DNA from: Octopus vulgaris | Taxonomy: Eukaryota | Length of the DNA: 64,000 nt | Assembly: GCA_951406725.2 (NCBI GenBank) | Contig: OX597822.1 | Location: 54,312,001-54,376,000 of the forward strand | Direction of reading: 5' to 3' | Shown: positions 12,898-24,935 of the stretch, in pieces | Position numbering within the stretch: position 1 is the stretch's first letter | How the letters are laid out: each line of letters starts with the position of its first letter | Made by a program: the position numbers and the translations under genes | The notes under the pieces: generated by a model | What the model saw: the letters and a program-made list of their open reading frames with translations, nothing else | What the model was told of the DNA's origin: nothing | The model's database searches: none

Positions 12898-13208
12898 AAG
12901 GCGCGTGGCGTGACTTAGTGCATAGGGCATTCGGTTCAAAATCGCAAGGTCGTGAGTTCAATTCCCCGCGGCGCATTGTGTCCTTGAGTAAGACACTTTA
13001 TTTCACGTTGCTCCAGTCCACTCAGCTGGCAGAAACGAGTAGTACCTGTATTTCAAAGGGCCAGCCTTGTCCCACTCTGTGTCACGCTGAATCTCCCTGA
13101 GAACTACGTTAAGGGTACATGTGTCTGTGGAGTGCTCAGCCACTTGCACGTTAATTTCATGAGCAAGTTGTTTCGTAGTTCGTATAAGTTGCGACCCTCG
13201 TCGTCGTG
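12898..13208 (+). mobile_element. tRNA-derived SINE family C
   Basis: GGCGCGTGGC..TTAGTG..GTGAGTTCAATTCCC head and TGTCCTTGAG.AAGACACTTTATTTCACGTTGCTCCAGT core; reverse copy at ~23580-23812. Confidence 0.75.
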
Positions 13209-13458
13209 ACCAACGAAGTGCTCCACCATATATATATATATATGTGTGTGTGTGTGCGTGTGTGCGTGCGTGTGTGTGTTTGTAACTTTGTGACTGTAAA
13301 CACCAATTGGCAACCGGTGTTGATGTGTTTACGTCCCCGTCGCTTAGTATATGTACCAGGCATGAAAAATGTACTATAGTAGATTCGTTCGATTAAATTC
13401 TTTCAAGGCAGTGCCCTAGCCTGGCAGCAGTCTAATGACTGAAACAAGTAAAGGAATA

Positions 13459-13516
<58 letters not shown>

Positions 13517-13649
13517 CACACACACATATATACACATACACACACACATGTAGATGTATATACATACATGTACATATGAAAGAGAGGGAGCGGAAGAGCT
13601 ATGCATATACATGATGATACAATAAAAGAGATAAGGTTAAGAATCTTAC

Positions 13650-13867
13650 GTAAATGGTTCTACTCCCCAGCCTGCAAGCAACAAGACAATTCGTGGTCCC
13701 AAGTCTAATGCTGGGTTTACTGCAGGACCACCATTTAAGCCATAAGAACTGACAACAGCTGTAAGAAGCAAACCAATAGCCAATGGTGCCATGTTTGGAC
13801 TTGAAACCGTACTGTTGGAGTCAATAATTGCAAGAATTCCACCACAGAAGAAGAATGTTGCATATAC
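13650..13867 (-). CDS. Aquaglyceroporin exon 5 (second NPA box, NPALD)
   Basis: cgcag|VYATFFFCGGILAIIDSNSTVSSPNMAPLAIGLLLTAVVSSYGLNGGPAVNPALDLGPRIVLLLAGWGVEPF-T|gtaaga; 218 nt; LAIID, DLGPR and AGWG motifs. Confidence 0.95.
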
Positions 13868-14567
13868 CTGCGTAGAAATAAAGAAAACATATTTACAATG
13901 CATCAAGATGACAGCGCATGTGACGGCTTGCTGTATTAGGCCTGATGAAAATCCCCCGAATCTTGCTCCTTTATCTTCACATTTTTGATGCGACTCTCAA
14001 CTCTATACTGTTTTCTTCCTCCATCCTTCTCTAATTCCCTTTTACTCTCGCTCCCTTCTTCACCGTTTTCTATTTGTCTTTCTCCCTCCCTCCCTCTCTC
14101 TCTCTCTCGTTGGCCACACGTGACCATCGTCCGTCTTTCTTTTCCTCACGTGAACATCTTTCTTTTCCTGCACAGCCGTTAAAAAGAACGGAAGTGTTTT
14201 TCTCTCTCTTCTATCTTTTCTCTTTTCAAAAAAAGTTTCTCCCAGTGTTCACTATTTTCCTCTCGTTCTGCTCTAATGACCATCCATGTTTGTTTTCGTT
14301 CGGTTTATTTGTATGTCTCCACTGTCATTTTTTTTGTTCCCAACTTTGACCTTCCATAAATCCGAAATTTTATTTTAGAATTTATGGGAGCAACTGTCTT
14401 TGAAGACTCATATTGTCGATGTTGCTCAAAATGAAGAGTAGGAGGATAGCCGACAACTGATGAAGAGTCCATTCTCAGTGTTTACTTGTCCTGTTTTCCC
14501 CTCGTTTGTTTACGTATTTCATGTTATTTGCGGCGTTGGTGACGTCCTGCGCCCATATATGCATGTA

Positions 14568-14610
<43 letters not shown>

Positions 14611-14700
14611 GCATATATATATATATACATATATATATACATATACATATATATATACATATATACATACATATATACATATATATATATACATATATAC

Positions 14701-14741
<41 letters not shown>

Positions 14742-14744
<3 letters not shown>

Positions 14745-15075
14745 GGGTAAAGACCCCCTTCGGTCATGAATGACCATGGGATTGCACCTAGAAAGTTACC
14801 CTCCTAGACACAAGTCTGGGCAAGGTTGTTTATGGAAGACCAGCAGTCGCCCATGCATACCAGCCTCCCCTCTCCACACCACCAGTGTTATCCAAGGGAA
14901 AGACAAAGGTCGATACAGCTTGGCACCAGTGACGTCGCAACTCATTTCTACAGCTGAGTGAACTGGAGCAACGTGAAATAAAGTGCCTTGCTCAAGAACA
15001 CAACACGCAGCCCGGTCCGGGATTCGAGCTCACAACCTCACGATCTTAAGCTCGACGCTCTAACCACTGAGCCAT

Positions 15076-15078
<3 letters not shown>
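14742..15078 (-). mobile_element. tRNA-derived SINE with the family C core and an RTE-like tail
   Basis: Reverse-complement head GCGCATGGCTCAGTGGTTAGAGCGTCG..GAATCCCGGACCGG; tail ATCCCATGGTCATTCATGACCGAAGGGGG. Confidence 0.7.
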
Positions 15079-15162
<84 letters not shown>

Positions 15163-15645
15163 CTTATATATAGATAGATAGATAAATAGGTAGATAGATA
15201 GATATATTATATATATTATCATTTATTATACATATGTGTGTGTGTGTCTACGACTATGTTTGTCCTCCCACCTCACTTGACAACCGATGTTGCTATGTTT
15301 ACGGACCCGTAACTGAGCGGATCGGCAAAAGAACCGATACAATAAGTACAAGGTTTACAAAGAAAAAGTCCTGGGATCGATTTCTTCGCCTAAAAGTTTC
15401 TTTAGGGCGGTGCCCCAGCATGGTTGGAGTTCAATAACCGAACAAGTAAAAGAATTCATATATACATATGTTCATCACGGGCTTCTTTCAGTTTTACGTC
15501 TACCAAAATTCACTCATAAGTCATTGGTCGGCCCGAGGCTACAAGAGAAGACACTTGCCGAAGGTATCACGTGGATGGTCTGGAAAGCATGCTTCTTTAT
15601 TTCATTACATTTGCCATAAAGGCATAATACAGATGGAAGCTTAGG

Positions 15646-15948
15646 AGCTAAAGTGCTCCAATGCTTTTATCAAGCACATAACATATACTCTGATAGGGGT
15701 TGCAATCGCCCCTAAAACCGAAGCGAGAATTCTTTAGACTGATCGGCCAGTTTCGGCCTCTTCTGTAGCCATCTTAAGTAAAGCCAGCTCGTTCGGTTGA
15801 TTCCGGGCTAGATCTCCTCATCAGTGTGTATATATTCATCATGAAATAAGGAATTCTCGGTTAAGTGTTCGGCGCAGTTGCAGCCCCTATCAGAGTATAT
15901 CAGAGTATATATTATGTGCTTCGTAACACCATTGGAGCAATTTAGCTC
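15646..15948. mobile_element. Fold-back element with internal degenerate hammerhead
   Basis: GAGCTAAAGTGCTCCAATG..ATATACTCTGATAGGGGTTGCAA pairs with TTGCAGCCCCTATCAGAGTATAT..CATTGGAGCAATTTAGCTC. Confidence 0.6.
15732..15783 (-). ncRNA. Degenerate hammerhead (core CTTAAGA)
   Basis: Reverse complement: CTTTA-CTTAAGA-tGGC...GCC-GAAAC-TG(gccgat)CA-GTC-TAAAG; all helices present, conserved G5 changed to T. Confidence 0.55.
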
Positions 15949-16041
15949 TCATTTCTAGCAATGTGTTATTTACACGCTTAGTCAAGTTTAGTTGACGATA
16001 TATATATATATATATAAATATATATATATATGTATATATAT

Positions 16042-16460
16042 AGGCGCAGGAGTGGCTGTGTGGTAAGTAGCTTGTCTACCACCCACATGGTTCCGGGTTC
16101 AGTCCCACTGCGTGGCACCTTGGGCGAGTGTCTTCTGCTATAGCCTCGGGCCGACCAAAGCCTTGTGAGTGGATTTGGTAGACGGAAACTGAAAGAAGCC
16201 AGTCGTATATATGTATATATATGTATATGTATGTGTGTGTGTTTGTGTGTCTGTGTTTGTCTTTCTAGCGTTGCTTGACAACCGATGCTGGTGTGTTTAT
16301 GTCCCTGTTACTTAGCGGTTCGGCAAAAGAGACCGATAGAATAAGTACTGGGCTTACAAAAAGAATAAGTCCCGGGGTCGATTTGCTCGATTAAAGGCGG
16401 TGCTCCAGCATGGCCGCAGTCAACTGACTGAAACAAGTAAAAGAGTAAAAGAGTAAAGAG
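16042..16460 (+). mobile_element. SINE family A
   Basis: Full-length copy inside (TA)n. Confidence 0.85.
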
Positions 16461-16472
16461 TATATATATACA

Positions 16473-16506
<34 letters not shown>

Positions 16507-16507
16507 C

Positions 16508-16558
<51 letters not shown>

Positions 16559-16804
16559 TACATATATATATACATATATACATACATATATATATATACA
16601 TATATTTATATACAGGCATATATATATATACACATATATAAACATACATATATATATATATACATATATACACGTACATATATATATACATACATATATA
16701 TAACACATATATACATACATATATACATACATATATATATATACGTACATAAATATATATATATACACATACAGAGACGCACACACGTATATATATATAT
16801 ATCA

Positions 16805-17753
16805 CTTCACTCTATATATCTATCTATCTACCTACGTATGTATGGCAATCTCTGTAAATATCTATGACGTCACGAAGCTGAACAGACACCCTCAATCATG
16901 TCACTAATACCGAGTGCTTCAATGTCAGTTGGACCTGCATTATTTGTATTCTTTGTATGTGACTGTCATTGTGTGAGTGCATGTGAGTTTGTATGTATGT
17001 ATGTATGGGGGGGGGGGGTGGACGGGGAGTAAGTGCAAAAAAAAAAACAACATAAGTCGCTTTAATCATGACGTCGTTGTGGTAACATTGACAACTACAT
17101 CACACTGTCTTGTGCCTCATCATCACGAAGGGGCCTTATTGATATTTGTACTTCACAAGACATCTCATCAATAATGTTATTGTTCGTGCTGCATTTAAAC
17201 GAACGATATGCAATAAGTCTATTAAAGTAATTGAAATAATCACCATGTAAGAAATAATGCCAATTATAAAAGGCAATACCTAGCATGTATATTGTTAAAG
17301 AGTATATATTTATATATTTATATATATTGGCCTGCTCGCTTAGCCAGCGGGGTGGCGTCAAGTGAAAAAAAAAACAACATAAGTCGCTTTAATCATTACG
17401 TCGTTGTGGTAACATTGACAACTACATCACACTGTCGTGTGCCTTATCATCACGAAGGGGCCTTATTGATATTTGTACTTCACAAGACATCTCATCAATA
17501 ATTTTATTGTTCGTGCTGCATATAAACGAACGATAAGTCTATTAAAGTAATTGAAATAATCACCATGTAAGAAATAATGCCAATTATAAAAGGCAATACC
17601 TAGCATATATATTGTTAAAGAGTATATATTTATATATATATATATATATTGGCCTGCTCGCTTAGCCAGCGGGGTGGCGTCATTTGAAGGCTAACACAAT
17701 GCGAAGCGTATTGTGACCAGCGATGTGTAGCAACATTTGATAGCCTGGTCGGT

Positions 17754-17828
<75 letters not shown>

Positions 17829-18378
17829 TACATATATATACATATATATATATAATTATGGCTGACCCCTCGTTATCGAGTATGGCCATTGCACGAAGCT
17901 TAATTGTTGCTGGTGCTGTGATCGAATGTGACTTTTTAGCCCAGCTAAAGATCTACAATGTCTTGTACAGAATTGGCAACTAAAACCTTTACGGGTAATA
18001 GCCGGTTGTAGTTGTAACTGGGCTTCATGTATCTTTGCATGTCGTTGAAGTCCTCCTGCCGAATTACACTCTCTTCCACATGCCCAACATATATGATTAG
18101 GAGAAGTGAGTGGAACAGGGTCCGGATTTGTATCAGGTTTTTGTCGATCTGACAAAAGCCTTTGATACCGTCAATAGAAAAGCATTGTGGAAAGTCCTCC
18201 AGAAACTTGGGTGTCCTGAAAAATATATATATATTTACAAATATACATACATATATATATACATATATATGTATACGTATACTTATATATACATACACAC
18301 ACACATACAAACATACTTATATATATATATATAGATATACATACATATATATATACATATATACATACATACATACAT

Positions 18379-18432
<54 letters not shown>

Positions 18433-18650
18433 TTATCTTTTATTAAACTTTTAATACTTTTGATATATATTTAAAATAATATAAATTGATTAATTTTATG
18501 TATTGGCTTATGTTTTTCATTGTTTGATTTGCCTAATAGTGGTTTTATCTCTAATTTAATATAATATAATATAATATATTTTACTATAAAATTGGATTTA
18601 ATCCTAAATCTGATTTTTTCCTGTAAGTTTGGATTTATTCCCTAATATTT

Positions 18651-18686
<36 letters not shown>

Positions 18687-19198
18687 TCATCTATATCTAC
18701 CTATCTATCTACCTACGTATGTATGGCAATCTTTCTGTAAATATCTATGACGTCACGAGTGAGTGTGTGACGTTACGATTCATTTGCTCGACGAAGCTGA
18801 ACGGACACCCTCAATCATGTCACTAATACCGAGTGCTTCAATGTCAGTTGGACCTGCATGATTTGCATTCTTTGTATGTGACTGTCATTGTCTGAGTGCA
18901 TGTGAGTTTGTATGTATGTATGTGGGGAGGGGGGAGTAAGAGCAAAAAAACAAAACATAAGTCGCTTTAATCATTACGTCGTTGTGGTAACATTGACAAC
19001 TACATCACACTGTCTTGTGCCTGATTATCACGAAGGGGCCTTATTGATATTTGTACTTCACAAGACATCTCATCAATAATGTTATTGTTCGTGCTGCATA
19101 TAAACGAACGATATGCAATAAGTCTATTAAAGTAATTGAAATAATCACCATGTAAGAAATAATGCCAATTATAAAAGGCAATACCTAGCATGTATATT
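16805..19198 (+). repeat. Local duplications
   Basis: 16805-17295 is repeated at 18685-19198, and 17040-17360 is tandemly repeated at 17365-17682. Confidence 0.85.
17856..18221. mobile_element. RTE-like LINE fragment with 5' inversion
   Basis: Minus strand: C-terminal C2H2 pair (CWAC..H..H, CQFC..LKSHIRSQH). Plus strand: RT fragment [28 protein letters not shown]. Inserted in (TA)n. Confidence 0.75.
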
Positions 19199-19374
19199 GA
19201 CTTTTTTTTTTTTCCATGAAGACTTCCCACTAGGATTAAAGACAAGTTTTATTTGCCAAACGGGTGTCAACGTTTCACAGAGACCAAAGCATCCCATTTG
19301 AAAATTATTGTCTTTCTAAAGTATGCCTGTTTGTTTATGTCAAACTTGTGATATATAGCACGCATCTATTTTCT

Positions 19375-19618
19375 TTTATATTTTACTGGTTTCACTCATT
19401 GTACTGCAGCCATGCTTGAATACCACCAAAAGGGGCTTTAGTTGGACTAATAGATGCCAGAACGTAGTTTTAAATGTGATAATTACATAACAGTCTCTTT
19501 AGCCGAAGAGCCGTAAACAAACCTATACCGGTTGTCAAGCGGTTGTAGGGAGCAAACACAGGCACAAAGGCAAAAACACACACACACAGATACATACATA
19601 CATACATACATACATACA

Positions 19619-19652
<34 letters not shown>

Positions 19653-19796
19653 CTGCATACGAAGGGCTTCTTTCAGTTTTCGCCTGCCAAATCCACTAGC
19701 AAAGCTTTCGTCAGCTCGGACCCATAGTAGAAGGGCTGAAAACGCAACCATGTGACAGGGAAGCAAACCTTGTACCACACAACCACATCTGCGCCT
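19375..19796 (-). mobile_element. Diverged SINE family A
   Basis: Degenerate reverse copy with an internal (CATA)n tract. Confidence 0.7.
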
Positions 19797-19904
19797 GTAA
19801 AAGTTATTTACAATGCCTCACGATGACAGCGCGCATGACGGTTTGCTGTATTAGGCCTGATGAAAATCTCCCGAATCTTGCTCCTTTCATTGTCTCAATT
19901 ATGA

Positions 19905-20510
19905 CTTTTAAACATTCTTTCTGATTTTAGTACAAGGCGATCAATTTGAAGGGAGGAGACAAGTCGATTGCATTGACTCCATTACATGACTGGTAGGTAT
20001 TTTATTTCGTCGACTCTGAAAGGATGAAAGGCAAAGTTCACCTCAGTGGGATTTTAACTCAGAACAGTTGGAAAAAATACTGCTTGGGATTAATAATGAT
20101 TTAAAATTTTGGCATAAGACCAGAAGTTTCGGAGGGAGGGGTTAAGTCGATTGCATGGATCCCAGTGATCAACTGGTACTTATTTTACCGACCTCTAAAG
20201 AATGAAAGGTGAAGTCAACCTTGGTGGAATTTGAACTCAGAACGTACAGACGGACGAAATGCCACTAAGCGTTTTTACCTGCTGTGCAAACGATTCTGTC
20301 AGCCCACTGCCTTGATTAGCATTAATAATAACAGTTCTTTCTACTGTAGGCACTAGGCTTGATATTTTGGGGGTTACATTGACCCCAGTACATGACTGGT
20401 ACTTATTTTGGTCGACCTGGGCGAAATTTGAATTCAAAACATAGAACCGGAAGAAATGCCACTAAACATTTTATCCGGCGTATTAAGAATTCTGTCAGCT
20501 CGCCGCCTTA
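19905..20510 (-). mobile_element. Three tandem decayed copies of SINE family B
   Basis: Repeated AGTCGATT.CAT.GAC.CCAG..ACTGGTAC..GAAAGG.AAAGTC.ACCTCGG..GAATTTGAACTCAGAAC blocks. Confidence 0.75.
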
Positions 20511-20654
20511 CTGTGAATTTTATCTAAATATTTCCCTATTGCAAGATTAAACATGTTTATATAGACACAGGTGTGGTTTTGTGGTCTTGAGTTCAGTCCT
20601 GCTACTGCGCGGCACATTTCTAAGATTTGGTAGACGCAAACTGAAAGAAGCCCG

Positions 20655-20720
<66 letters not shown>

Positions 20721-21080
20721 GTGTGTGTGTGTGTGAATATTACATTATATATTAGACAACGATATATGTATCTATGTATATAAATATATATATATATATA
20801 TATGAACAATTGAGGGTAAAATTAATTAATCAATTTCACCAAGTGTTCAGTATGTAAAAGGACCATTTAAGGCGAATTCAAAATATTACATTATATAATT
20901 AGGGCTTAGTAAAATAAATTACTTTGCCACATACTGAACTTAGTAGAAATAGCAGCCCAAAAAAAATTTTTTTAGCCGTTTCTACTACTTAAAGAAAATT
21001 TCTCTCAGATAATGTTTACTCCAGACAGCTCACGAAGGTTTGGAGGTAAATACAGAAAAATATCACAAGTACATAGATCG

Positions 21081-21143
21081 TTTGAGTACGTCAACGTTTC
21101 AAGATTAGCCAAATAAAATCAGCATTTCTTTCGTCAGCTCAAA
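21081..21143 (-). ncRNA. Type I hammerhead ribozyme, left arm of palindrome (sense to the aquaporin pre-mRNA, intron 4)
   Basis: Exact reverse complement of 21168-21230. Confidence 0.75.
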
Positions 21144-21167
21144 ATTTCCAAATCCAAATTAAGAAAT

Positions 21168-21230
21168 TTTGAGCTGACGAAAGAAATGCTGATTTTATTT
21201 GGCTAATCTTGAAACGTTGACGTACTCAAA
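21168..21230 (+). ncRNA. Type I hammerhead ribozyme, right arm of palindrome
   Basis: TTTGAG-CTGACGA-AAGA...TCTT-GAAAC-GTTGAC-GTA-CTCAAA; intact core, GUA triplet. Confidence 0.75.
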
Positions 21231-21420
21231 CGATCTATGTACTTGTGATATTTTTCTGTATTTACCTCCAAACCTTCGTGAGCTGTCTGGAGTAAACATT
21301 ATCTGAGAGAAATTTTCTTTAAGTAGTAGAAATGGCTAAAAAAATTTTTTTGGGCTGCTATTTCTACTAAGTTCAGTATGTGGCAAAGTAATTTATTTTA
21401 CTAAGCCCTAATTATATAAC

Positions 21421-21496
<76 letters not shown>

Positions 21497-21539
21497 TTTT
21501 TATCATTTTATTTCATTTGATATATATATATATATATAT

Positions 21540-22185
21540 CAATAATAACAAAGGGTAAAATTAATTAATTAAGAAGTAATCAATAAATTTCACCAAGTAG
21601 AATTCGGTATGAAAACAGGACCGTTACCCGGTAAATTTTAGAAAAACTAATAAAAAGGGTTCAGCAAAGAATTGCCTCACCACACACCGAAGTTCAGAAA
21701 TAGCAGCCAAAAATCTTAGCCATTTCTTCTACTTTAAAAAGGCTGCTGATTTTTTTCTGTAGCATTTTACTTGAAGACACACGTGGAAGGGCGGGGGAGG
21801 CTAAGCGATTCTCATTCATATTTTGAATTTGGCGGTGCTAACATTGAACTTGAGCAGCCTAATGCCGTTATGTGGAAAGATTCGTTCAAATGTTCTAGTA
21901 CCTTCGAATTATCACAGAAAATCCATGCTGAGGAAGAATATGGTTAGTAAAGTATATTTTTTTATATTCTTTATGAAAAAACCTAATTCAGAAACGCGCG
22001 TCCACGGACGATCAGATGTTGATTGATTTTCGTTACTTTACTCTCTGCCTGTGTGATTAACCTTCAAGTATTTTGGTTTCTCTGGAAGCCCCTTTTTAAA
22101 GTAGAAGAAATGGCTAAGATTTTTGGCTGCTATTTCTGAACTTCGGTGTGTGGTGAGGCAATTCTTTGCTGAACCCTTTTTATTA

Positions 22186-22187
<2 letters not shown>
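21540..22187. mobile_element. Related (TA)n-flanked fold-back element
   Basis: Inverted arms ~21646-21742 / ~22091-22187 with a hammerhead in the spacer. Its start (GGGTAAAATTAATTAAT..AATTTCACCAAGT) and GAAATAGCAGCC motif are shared with the preceding element. Confidence 0.7.
21922..22008 (+). ncRNA. Type I hammerhead ribozyme with long helix II insert
   Basis: TCCATG-CTGAGGA-aGAAT...ATTCa-GAAAC-GCGC-GTC-CACGGA; palindromic helix III ACGCGCGT; one helix I mismatch. Confidence 0.65.
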
Positions 22188-22265
<78 letters not shown>

Positions 22266-22331
22266 ATATTAGACAAGATAAATACTTACACACACACAAA
22301 GTAATTTTAAGATAAAGGAATGGAATCTGAC

Positions 22332-22438
22332 CTGGTTACTGAAACCTACATATGTATTCGTAAACGTAGGAGGATAGGTCACAAAGATGGCGGCTGTGGT
22401 TTGATTTCTAATGTTACCATTGAATTCTTCAATGACGT
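22332..22438 (-). CDS. Aquaglyceroporin exon 4 (loop C)
   Basis: tttcag|(D)VIEEFNGNIRNQTTAAIFVTYPPTFTNTYVGFSNQ|gtcaga; 107 nt; TAxIFxTYP motif typical of aquaglyceroporins. Confidence 0.92.
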
Positions 22439-23075
22439 CTGAAAAAGAAAGAACCACGTGTGATATATTTGTTTCACAATAGCTCTGTTCCGTCGATATA
22501 TGCGTGAATGTGTGTGCATGCATGTGTATGTATGTGCACCAGTATATGTGTGTGTGCTTGCGCAAGTGTACGCGTGCGCGCATGTGTATGTGTACGTTGG
22601 TTAATGTCAGACGAACGAGTGCTCAATTTTTTTACTGAAGCTGAAGCTGATTTGTCACGACTCGAGGTTCACGACTCGGTAATTATAGTAGAGTTGTGTC
22701 TTTCTGGTCTCTTTATTAGTTGTTATTTTTGCGACATGGTGTTTGTATAGTGATACAATTGTATGTGGGAAGTGTTTTATTAATTTGTTTTGGTTGTTTG
22801 GGTGACTTAATAATGGGGCATTTGTCTTATCTGTGTGTGCGCGCGCATGTATAAGGTGTTAAATAATCGTTTGAGGAAAGGCTGCTTAATACTGTCTAAG
22901 TGTGCATATTTTTCAAAAGCCTAATGATTACACATATATCGGAATATATAACTTATCAAATTGGAAGGAAAAAGGATCCGGAAGAGAAAACAAGAATTTG
23001 AACGGTAAAAGGAATGTTAACGGCTAAGAAATTCTTTGTTACAAATTGGATGACTAATATTGACAAGAGGTGCTG

Positions 23076-23141
<66 letters not shown>

Positions 23142-23178
23142 AAACAAACACACGCACACACACACACACCGCACACGT

Positions 23179-23220
<42 letters not shown>

Positions 23221-24010
23221 GAGAGAGAGAGAGAGAGAGAAAGAGGAGGGGACGTCACGTCAAAAACTGGGGAATTCGATCTGCTTTTACCTTCGTCGGG
23301 TATTCAAGACGATCGATTGTGTGAGGCGAATTCAGGGAGAGAGTAGATTGCCGTCCGAGCTCGGCTGGCGTAAGCATTTATGTATGTGCCACAAGTTGTT
23401 CATATTCTGGTGGAAAGTAGTTTTTCTCTCTGCTTGAATTTTGTGAGAAGATAAGAACACTTTATTTTTGCAGTTCTACATGCATGCATAATACATACAT
23501 ACATACATACATACATACATACATACATACATACATACATACATACATGCATACATACATACATACATACATACATATACGATCAACGGAACAGCTTGTT
23601 CGTGAAATTAACGTGCAAGTGGCGGACCGCTCCACAGACACATGTACCCTTAACATAGTTCTCGAGGAGATTCAGAAAGACACAGAATGTGACAAGCCTG
23701 GCCTATTGAAATACAAGAACAACTCATTTTTGCCAGCTGAATGGACTGAAGCAACGTGAAATAAAGTGACTTGCTCAAGGACACAACGCATCGCCAGGAA
23801 TTGAACTCACGATCGCTTCTTTCAGTTTCCGTCTACAAAATCCACTCACAAGGCTTTGGTCGGCCCGAGACTACAGTAGAAGACACTTGCCCAAGGTGTC
23901 ACGCAGTGGGACTGAACCCGAAACTATGTGGTTAGTAAGCAAGCTACTTACCACACAATAGTGAAATAACGATATTTGTCGTCCTCGTTTACCCCTGGTA
24001 AACGCCCACG

Positions 24011-24054
<44 letters not shown>

Positions 24055-24723
24055 TATATATCAATACACCCACACACACTCACACACATGAAATACATGT
24101 ATATGCTTGCCGGTATTGAACAGCACCCTCATTGTTTATTTCAGCTGAAGTAGAATCTTATGGTTTAAAAATAATCCAGCACATTTTCCGGGTGAATGAG
24201 GCAATCGAAGTTGTTCGTATCATCGATTTTAGAAAATCTGATTAAATGATATTCGAGAAAACTTGTTGAGAAGATAAAACTGTTCTGCAAATTGTTTCAA
24301 TTGACAATCGTCTTACTCCCACGTAGTGCAAGAATCTCACAAGTTCTGCATTTGTATTTCCACAAAATGTCTTCAACAGATGTTCGCTTTGATTAAGTTG
24401 ATGCATTTAATCACATGATGCAGTATCTTCGTGCAGTTCGGAGAAGATAATCACTGTAACCAAGTTTTTCTCACTTGATACAAATAAAATGCATAGCTAA
24501 CCATTTTGGAATGTCATCCATTATCAGTTTTAAACATCGTGTCTTTTTTTTTACCAATCATGACAGGTGCGCCATATGTTGCATATGATATAAAATTTGC
24601 GTTTGATATATTTCTTTTTGGTCCATATAGATATAAATTTGCTGTATATTTCACCATCAGAATTAGTTCTTTTCGAATGATCCACAAAACAGTGTTTCTT
24701 GAAGTTCTTCTTGGTCAATATAA

Positions 24724-24935
24724 GCAGGTGAGCTGGCAGAATTGTTAGCACGCCGGAAAAAATGCTTAGCGGTATTTCGTCCGTCTTTACCATCCGAATT
24801 CAATTCCACCGAGGTCGACTTTGACATTCATCCTTTCGGGGTCGATAAAGTAAGTATCAGATGATCACCAGGGTCGAGATAATCGACTTACTCCCTGCCC
24901 CGAACTTGCTAGCCTTGTGTCAAAAGTTGAATCCT
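24724..24935 (+). mobile_element. SINE family B
   Basis: GAGCTGGCAGAATTGTTAGCACGCCGG..GAGGTCGACTTTG.C.TTCATCCTTTCGGGGTCGATAA. Confidence 0.8.

Larger units (their letters stand above)
20807..21419. mobile_element. (TA)n-flanked fold-back element, likely inverted Penelope-like pLTRs
   Basis: Near-perfect inverted repeat ~20891-21148 / ~21163-21419 with a ~14-nt spacer; each arm carries a hammerhead; flanked by (TA)n. Confidence 0.75.

Noticed and set aside
13706-13708. Possibility that RNA editing restores the filter Arg
   Set aside because: A-to-I editing converts TTA only to TTG (still Leu).
14455-14480. CTGATGAAGAG..CTC half motif (similar partial motifs at ~15815, 23290, 28632, 35510, 54435 and 56357)
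   Set aside because: The GAAAC half or the closing helices are missing; at best decayed remnants, so not counted.
17856-18155. Apparent C2H2 zinc-finger gene
   Set aside because: Lacks TGEKP linkers, abuts an RT fragment and sits in (TA)n; it fits the C-terminus of an RTE-like LINE.
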